IMG/VR virus record: IMGVR_UViG_3300011113_000640
Span: 186,001-250,000 of that record
Direction: 5' to 3' (one strand)
Length of the DNA: 64,000 nucleotides
Shown here piece after piece: positions 37,801 to 46,800 of the stretch. The first letter of the stretch is position 1, and every line of letters begins with the position of its first letter. Under the pieces are notes generated by a model. The model had not been told where the DNA came from, ran no database searches, and saw only the letters and a list, made by a program, of their open reading frames with translations. Made by a program: the position numbers and the translations under genes.

Positions 37801-40800
37801 GGTGTTGAGTGACCAGATCAGTGTGCAAGGATTTTATCAGGTTCCTATGAATCTCAGCAACAATCCCTTGAACGGCAACAGTGATCAATTTACTCTAGGA
37901 ACTATAAGGAATCACTACAGCACCATTGGTCAAAATTTGGTAGATCTCACAGGTCCTGTGATTGGTGCCAACAACAGCCGAGACCTTGGCAACATTGTGC
38001 CCTACGGTCTGCAGATACTACAACAAAGTTCGCCTTTGACCCTGACCGGTTATTTCATGCGCGATCGCAGTTACAATATTTTTGCATCCTTGGCCTACAA
38101 CAGCGGAGAATATGTCAGCTTCAAGGAACAATTACTCAGTGCGGTGTCCACTTTTGGCATAGCCGACTATGGCAACTGGAGCACGGCCACATTACTGGAC
38201 AACTGCATAGCCAAGATTACCTCGGGTCGCACCAACCTTAACAGTTTTTATTGGAGCGACATGTTGCCCACAGGCACCACGTTTGTGTCCAACAGTTACA
38301 CCGTAAATCCTATAACCACCAATCGATTCAATTTGATCCAGAGCTATGATTTTACCACATCAAACTATCAAGGCTTGTGCGTTTACATCAACAATGTGAT
38401 TCTGGTGCGTGGCCGTGACTATGTGGTCAGCACCGAAGGACCTACACTCACTATCACAGTAACATTGAACATTGGTGACGTGGTCGTCATCAATGAATAC
38501 ACCGACACGGCTGGTAATTTTGTACCCAACACACCGACCAAACTGGGACTTTATCCCAAGTATGAACCGCGTTATTTCTATGACACCAACTATGTGAATC
38601 CTACCTGGGTCATACAAGGACACGATGGATCAATCACTGTGGCCTTTGGCACACCCACCGAACCAGATCCTAGAGACGCTGTGTTGCTGGAATTTGAAAC
38701 CAGGATCTACAGCAACCTCAAAAATGATGGCAATCCTCCACCCCTGGTGGCCGAAGATGTGATTCCTGGCTATTTCAGAACCACTGATTATACCGCCGCA
38801 GAAACAACCACTATTTTGGGCGAAAGTTTCTTGACCTGGGTGGGCGCCAACAAGTTGGATTACACACAACAAACCTACCAGGTCACAAACGAATTTACCT
38901 ACAACTACAGCCAAGCCGCCAACAGACTAGACAATCAACCCTTGTTGGGCGCATGGCGTGGTATCTATAGATATTTCTATGACACACTCACACCCAACTC
39001 CACTCCTTGGGAAATGTTGGGTTTCAGCGAACAACCCATCTGGTGGGAAGACCAGTATGGTCCAGCACCTTACACCAGCGACAACTTGGTGCTGTGGGGC
39101 GACCTTGAGGCCGGCCTGGTCAACGATCCAGTGGCACCGTATGTGATACCCAAATATCGTAGACCTGGACTTACTTCGGTGATTCCTGTGGATGATCAAG
39201 GACAACTACTGCCTCCATTCTACAGCGTGATGGGGGCATACAACCCTCAAGGATTCCAGAAAAGTTGGCAGGTCGGCGATGGTGGCCCAGTAGAAGCTTC
39301 GTGGTGGCAGAGCTCAAATTATCCATTTGCTGTCATGCGATTGTTGTTGCTTACAAGACCAGCACAGTTTTTCAGCCTGTTTGCTGATCGTGATCTCTAC
39401 AGATACGATGTTGAATTTGATCAGTATCTCTACAATGGCCGCTATCGATTAAGACCCCAGGACATCCAAGTCTATGGCAATGGAGTCAGCAAGGCCAGTT
39501 ACATAAACTGGATAGTGGATTACAACCAACAGTGGGCAGTCAACAGCACCAGCGCATTGACCACAGATTTGAGTAATATTGATGTGCGTTTGTGTTATCG
39601 TTTTGCTTCGTTTGTGACAGGATCAAACCTAAGACTGTTTTTAGAAAAAGGCGCACCACAAAGTGAGAATGACAGCTTGTTGATACCGCCTGAAAGTTAC
39701 AACCTATTTGTTTATAAAAATCAACCAGCCAATCGTCTGAACTACAGTGCCGTGGTCGTAGAAATTGTTGAAGGTGGCTACAGTGTGTACGGATACAGTA
39801 CCACAGATCCTTATTTCAGCATTTATTCCAGCCGCACAGCCGGCACTGGACAAACTATCAGTGCCGGAGGTTACAGTGTGACAGTGCCGGCCGAATACAG
39901 TTCTACTGTGATTGAAATTCCTTATGGTTACACATTTACCAGCCGTGCCAGCGTGGTAGATTTCTTGCTCAGCTATGGCAAATATTTAGAAGGCCAGGGT
40001 CTCAGTTTTGTAGTGCAGGAAAATGGTTATACTTTGAACTGGGCACAAATGGCTCAGGAATTCCTTTACTATGCTGGACAAGGTTGGACCACAGGCACCA
40101 TAATAAATCTCAATCCGTCGGCCACACAGATACAGGCCTTGAAACCCGGGGCTGTGGTTGATTCTCTACAGACATACACGCCTGAAAATCTCATACAGGA
40201 TCAGAATCGTAGAGAATTGCCGGCCAAGAATCTCATAATCTATAGACAGGACAACACTTTCCAACTCAATCCTGATCCAGCCGGCAATCAAACTGTGAGT
40301 TATCTACAATTACAGTTTACGGATCTTGAAGACATCTTGATCCTGAACAATCGCACCATATTCAATGATCTGATCTATGACACTGTCACAGCTGAGAGAC
40401 AACAACGCCTGCGGTTGGCTGCTACCACCAGCACACAGTGGAATGGAACTCTCAATGCTCAGGGTTTCATACTGAACCAAAACAATGTGGTAGCTTGGCA
40501 ACCCAATGAGAAATATACCAAGGGCGAAATTGTATTATACAAAAACAATTATTGGCAAGCAGCTGCCTTGGTCCAGCCCAAGGAAAAATTCGAGTATTCT
40601 GATTGGTACAAGAGCAACTTTGATCGAATCCAACAGGGATTGTTACAGAACCTGGCAACCAAGGCCGATCAGTTGGCCAACAGCTACAATACTCAAACGG
40701 CCAATCTCAACCGAGACAACGATCTATTGGCCTATGGGCTGATAGGATTCCAGCCAAGACAGTACATGATAGATCTCAATCTCACTGATACTAGTCAGGT

Positions 40801-43800
40801 CGGTTTGTATCAACAGTTTATCAAGACCATGGGTAGCCGTCGTGCCACGCAGTTGTTGACACAGGCCAACTTGAATCCCTTGACCGCACAATACAATATC
40901 TATGAAACCTGGGGCATATTGGTCGGCACCTATGGAGCACAGGCCAATCGCAGCTGGTTTGAGGTCGATCTTGATGAAGCCTTGTTGAGTGGCAACCCGA
41001 GCACATTCCAAATAATAGAACCTGGGCAAACCACAGAAGCCAATCAAGCAATTCTGTTGCAAAATCTCTGGGCTGAAAGCTATGCCATACCCAACACCAA
41101 CATACTGCCTACTACCTATTCGAGAAATCTAGACACTGCTTTGCCATCGGCCGGCTATGTCAATGTCAATGATGTTGATATCACAGTGTTCAACTTGAAT
41201 GACCCTACCAACATAGCTGCCAATCTTTCTCGCATAGGTTTAGGCACCCGTATTTGGGTAGCACAAGACAACAGCTACGATTGGAACATTTACCAGTGTG
41301 CTCAAGTGCCAGGTCGTTTGACATCAATATCAGACAATCTCAACGGTACCTCTCGCGCCACATTTAGTTCACAGATCAGTCTTGTTCGCGGTGATCTTAT
41401 CATCATCAGATATTTCAGTGATTTGGTAGATGGTGTGTATCGAGTACTCAGTGTGCCTAACATAAACTCCGTGGTCATAGAATATGCTTTTGTCAATACC
41501 AATCAAACCACACTGACCGGTACAGGGTTAGCATTCTATCTCCAGACCATGCGTGTGGCTCAGGCCAGCGATGTTATCACGTTGCCGTACGCAAACCAAC
41601 TGATTCCAGGAGCACAGGTCTGGGTCGACGACAACGGTTCTGGACACTGGACAGTGCTGGAAAAAACTGATCCTTTCCAACCCACACAGGCATTGACAAA
41701 CCCAAATCAAGGTGTCAATTCTAGATTTGGCGCCAGCGTAGCACAGTCCAGCAACCATTTCTCGATGGTGGCCGGAGCCCCCAATGATGAATCAGGTGAT
41801 GGTGCTGTTTACACTTATCGTATAAATCTTTTCAATCAATACGTGGAAAACGTCATACTGTTTTTGATAGCAACTGGTGCGGCAGGGTATGGCAACAGTG
41901 TGGACTTTGGAGACAGGACCTGGGCAGTGGCTGGTGCCAGTGCCAGCAACGGCGGAACCGGCTATGTGACACCGATCTATCTTGTGCCCGGCAGCAATAC
42001 ATTCTTACAAACTCAACTGTTGGTGGCTCCGGACCCTGACTACAGCACCATCAGTGAATTTGGAGCTGCAGTCAAACTCAGTGGTGACGAACGCTGGTTG
42101 TATGTGGGCGCACCAGCTACCAACACTGTGTATGCCTATGCCCGAGTAGACATACCGCAACAATCTGCGACCTATACAGCCAATGGCACAACTCAGAGTT
42201 TCAACTGGTCAAACACAATACAGATAGATTACACCAAGCCCGACCAGATGATCGTGGTTGTCAACAACACCGTGCAACAATACGGCACAGATTATACACT
42301 GACCAACAATTTGGTATCATTTTCCTCTGTGCCTACGCTCAACAACCAGATCAAATTCACCCGTCGCACGTTCAAACAGCTAGACTCAAACACCTACCTC
42401 AACGTGACTCAAAACAGTGCCACTGGATCTGGTTCAGGAGCTAGATTTACTGTGACCAATACACGTGGCGATTATCAGGTCAGTATCACCGCACCTGGCA
42501 CCAGTTATGCTCCAGGCGATCAGCTGACAATCAGTTATACTCAGGTTGATCCTATTGGAAGCGCGGCCAACAATTTGATCATCACTGTGGTTTCCGTGGT
42601 CAGTGGAGGAATCACAGGGTTTACCACAGCAGGCAGCGGGGTTGGCAACACTGCTGTGTTTGATCTGTCAGACTCATTGTATACAGCCACCAACATATGG
42701 TCATTTACAGTCACAGTCAATGGAGTATTGCAACGTCCATACCTGGATTATACCTTTGCAGGAACCACTATTACTTTTGTCACAGTGCCACCAGCTGAAG
42801 CAGTGATTTACGTTGACAGTGCCAGCCAGGGAGCTTATTGGCAGTACGTGGACCAAATGCAAGTGGCCGGCATAGATGCCAACGCAACTCTTGGCGCCAG
42901 CATAACCACAGACGGTCTTGGACGTCAGATACTGTTGGGTGCACCGCAGGCATCGGCCGACGATGCCGAGGGCGATCCCATAGCCAATGCCGGTGCTGTG
43001 TATGCGTTTGATCGCAGCGTGTACAGATATATTGTTGACAACTCAACACAGCTGACCTATGCCATACCGGGCACATTGACCGGTCCAATAGCAGTGAGAT
43101 TAAACAGCCAATATCTCACCAACTCGGCACAATACATCAACGGCGAATTCACAGTATCGGGTTCTAACGTAGTGCTATCTAGCTCGGTGGCATTGACCGT
43201 GGGCGATTTTTTAGAAATTGAAACCAATCAATTCCAACAGTTGCAAAAGTTTGCCAGCAACACAGTGATAGACGAAAGCCAATTTGGCGCTAGCCTTGAT
43301 ATATGTTCCAACAGTTGCAGTCTGTATGTTGGAGCACCCAAAGACACCTACGCTTCCGAGGTCATACAGTCAGGCATGGTCCAGCGCCAGGTCAATCAAT
43401 CAAGGATCTATGGAATTATCTCCAGCACCATAGCTAACCCAAGTCTTACCTCGGGTGATACCATCAGGATAAATCTTGAACTGGTTGCTGTTCCAGCATC
43501 ACCCAACAACACTGTGGCAGGTCTAGCGGATGCTATAAATTCTTCAGGCATACCCAATGTCAGAGCAACCCCCACCGCAGATGTTTATTACATTGGTGAT
43601 GGCAACACCAAGATCTACAGCATAGGCAATATGTATTCAGCGGCCGAGTCTTATACTTCGGTAGTTTATGTCAACGACGTGTTGCAAACACAGGGCGTGA
43701 ACTATACTTACAACAACACCACTCAAGAAATAAGTTTTGTTACAGCCCCGGCTCTTGATGCCAGCATACAAATAGTGTCAGGTCGTTTGGTTCTAACAGT

Positions 43801-46800
43801 GATCAATGCTGCAGCTGCCGTGGAGTTTGACAAACTCACTGTGTTACCGGGAACATCTGGCACGGCCTTTGATGATCTGGGATTTGTGACTTATGCCTAC
43901 ACACAGACCATAGTAAGCCCCAACCCCACGGACTATGCCAATTTTGGCACCAGCCTCAGCGTCAACACCGGCGCGGTCAATCTCGTGGTTGGCGCCCCCA
44001 ATGGCGATGTGTATGAACCAGTTATCTTTGACAACGGCAACACATATTTTGACGATCGTAGCACCACATTCTTTGACTACACAGTGAATTCTGGGGTGGT
44101 TTACACCTATGATTTCCTGCCCAGCGCCACTACTAGTCTAGCCAACCCTGGAAAATTTGTGTTTGGACAACAGGTATATGTTGACAACATGGCCGCCCTG
44201 GATCAGTTTGGATTCTCTGTGAACTACCGAAGTGGTAGATTGACAGTGGGTTCTCCCGGTGCTGACTTTGGGGACAGCACAGCAAATTATGGTGGAGTAT
44301 ATGTGTTAGACAATGCCGACAATGACTCGGTATGGAAACCGATTTACACCCAATTGCCAGTTGTTGACGTCGATCTGTTGAATTCTGTGTATTCTTACAA
44401 CAAGTTTTTGGGTAGCACCCAGACTTATTTTGACTATATTGACCCATTGCAAGGCAAAATACTCGGGGTTGCCCGCAGAAACATAGACTATATTGGCGCA
44501 GTAGATCCTGCCAGCTACAACGCCGGTCCGGTGCACAATATTGGCACCAGTTGGGGAGCTGCGAATGTGGGAGAAATTTGGTGGGATACCAACACAGTGA
44601 GATTTATTGATGCCAATCAAGACAATCTGGTCTATGCCAGCCGACAGTGGGGACAGGTTTTTCCTGGCAGCGTGATTGACATTTATCAATGGACAGCCAG
44701 CGACACGGCCCCAGCCAACTACACTGGTCCTGGTGTGCCCTTGAGCACAGTTAGTTACACGGTAAGATCGGCCCTAAATGATCAAGGGATCATTGTCACT
44801 ACCTACTATTTCTGGGTCAAAGGCATAACGACCACTGCTGCTCAGTATGGCAAAACCTTGAGCCCAGTGGCCATAGCCTCATACATCTTGAATCCTATCA
44901 GCAGTGGCCTGCCTTACATAGCCGCTATCAATGCCAACTCGGTGGCGCTTTACAATGCGGCAGGACTTTTATCGGCCAACGACACTATCTTGCATGTGGA
45001 ATATGATCGCCAGGCCGCCGGTGGTGGCAATGACATCCATACCGAATACGAATTCATAGGTCAGGGCAAGGCCAACGACTTTTTGAATCCAAACCTGTAT
45101 CGAAAGTACCTGGACAGTTTCTGCGGTGTGACCACATCTGGAGCAGCTGTACCAGACCCATTGTTGAGCCCAGGCATGCGTTATGGTCTACAGTTCCGTC
45201 CACGCCAAAGCATGTTTGTCGATCGTTTCCAGGCTTTGGAAAATTATCTTAGCTACTGCAACAAGATCTTGGCACAGTATCCTATCACAGAAATACGCAC
45301 ATTCAATCTCTTGAACAGTCAAGAGCCCACACCAGCAGCTAACTCGGGTGCCTGGGATTATCAGGTACCCAACCTTACCATACTGAGCTATCAGAACCTC
45401 AATACAGTGCCCTTGGGTTATCTATATCTAGTGGATTCAGACAGTGGGCAAGATGGACGCTGGACCATTTATGAAGTACAGGCCACATCCACTCCGGGTC
45501 AACGCACCTTGGCTCTGGTGCGTGTGCAGAACTATGACACACCCTTGTACTGGAATTATATTGATTGGTATCTGCCCGGTTACAACAACACCATACAGCC
45601 CGTGGCCACAGTGACCAACACAGCTGGCCTACAAACCTTGAGCTTGGACACAGCACCCATAGGTAGCAGTGTCAAGATCAGCAACAATGGGCAAGGCAAG
45701 TTTGAAGTGTACCTGCGTGTGGCTGCAGATCCTGTGACCGGTTGGCAACGGGTGGGACTTGAAGATGGAACCATAGCTATCAGTGAAGTAATCTGGAATT
45801 ATCCTGCTGGTGGGTTTGGGTTTGATGCTGAAGTGTTTGACGCACAGTATTTTGATCAAGAGCCAGTGATAGAAACCCGTTATATCCTGCGGGCTATCAA
45901 CGAAGAACTGTTTACTGGTGACTTATTGATTTTCAGGAATGAAGCACTCATGCTCATGTTCCAGTTTATATACACAGAGCAAGCCAGCCCTAGCTGGTTG
46001 ATTAAGACCAGTTATATTGAAGTGGATCATGTGGTGCGAGGCCTTTATCCGTATGAACTTTACCAACCCGACAATCAGACTTTTGTAGAGGATTACCTTA
46101 CCGAAGTCAAACCCTATCATGTGCAGACTTTAAACTTCAACCTAATCTATGAAGGTCTGGACACTTATCCAGGCGGAATAGCCGACTTTGACGTGCCAGC
46201 ATATTGGTTACCAGGACCAGCCTTGCCACAATTTGTGAGCCCGGTCCTAACACCTTACACTTACAGCGACAGCGTGGTACAAAGTTTGGTCAGTGATGCC
46301 GCCACAGATGCGCAAGTTTGGTTGACCTGGCCCTACTCCAATTGGTTCAACAACTATAGTCTCAGCTTAGACAGTGTTACAGTGTATGATACCACCACTG
46401 TATATGCAGACATTCCTGTGATCACCATTGGTCGTGATTGGCAGGCCAACACTGCATATGCACTGGGTCAACAAGTGTCCTATGGAACAAATTTATACAC
46501 AGTGGCCCAGGCAGGAACCACTGGGGACTCGGCACCCACATTTACCAATGGCAACAAAGCCAACGGGTCTGCCACACTGACCTATGCAGGCCTGCGAGCT
46601 CAAGGCACGGCTATACTATTTGCCAATGGAACCATAAGTCATGTCACTGTGACACAACCCGGCAATGGGTATTTGTTGACTCCTGATATAGGTATAAATG
46701 GAGTATTTCCTAATTTTGCCGCTGGAACTTTTGATGGTGCTGTGGCCAAACTACTTGCTGTCATGGGCAACAATCTGGTGCGCGATTTCTCTACTGTGAT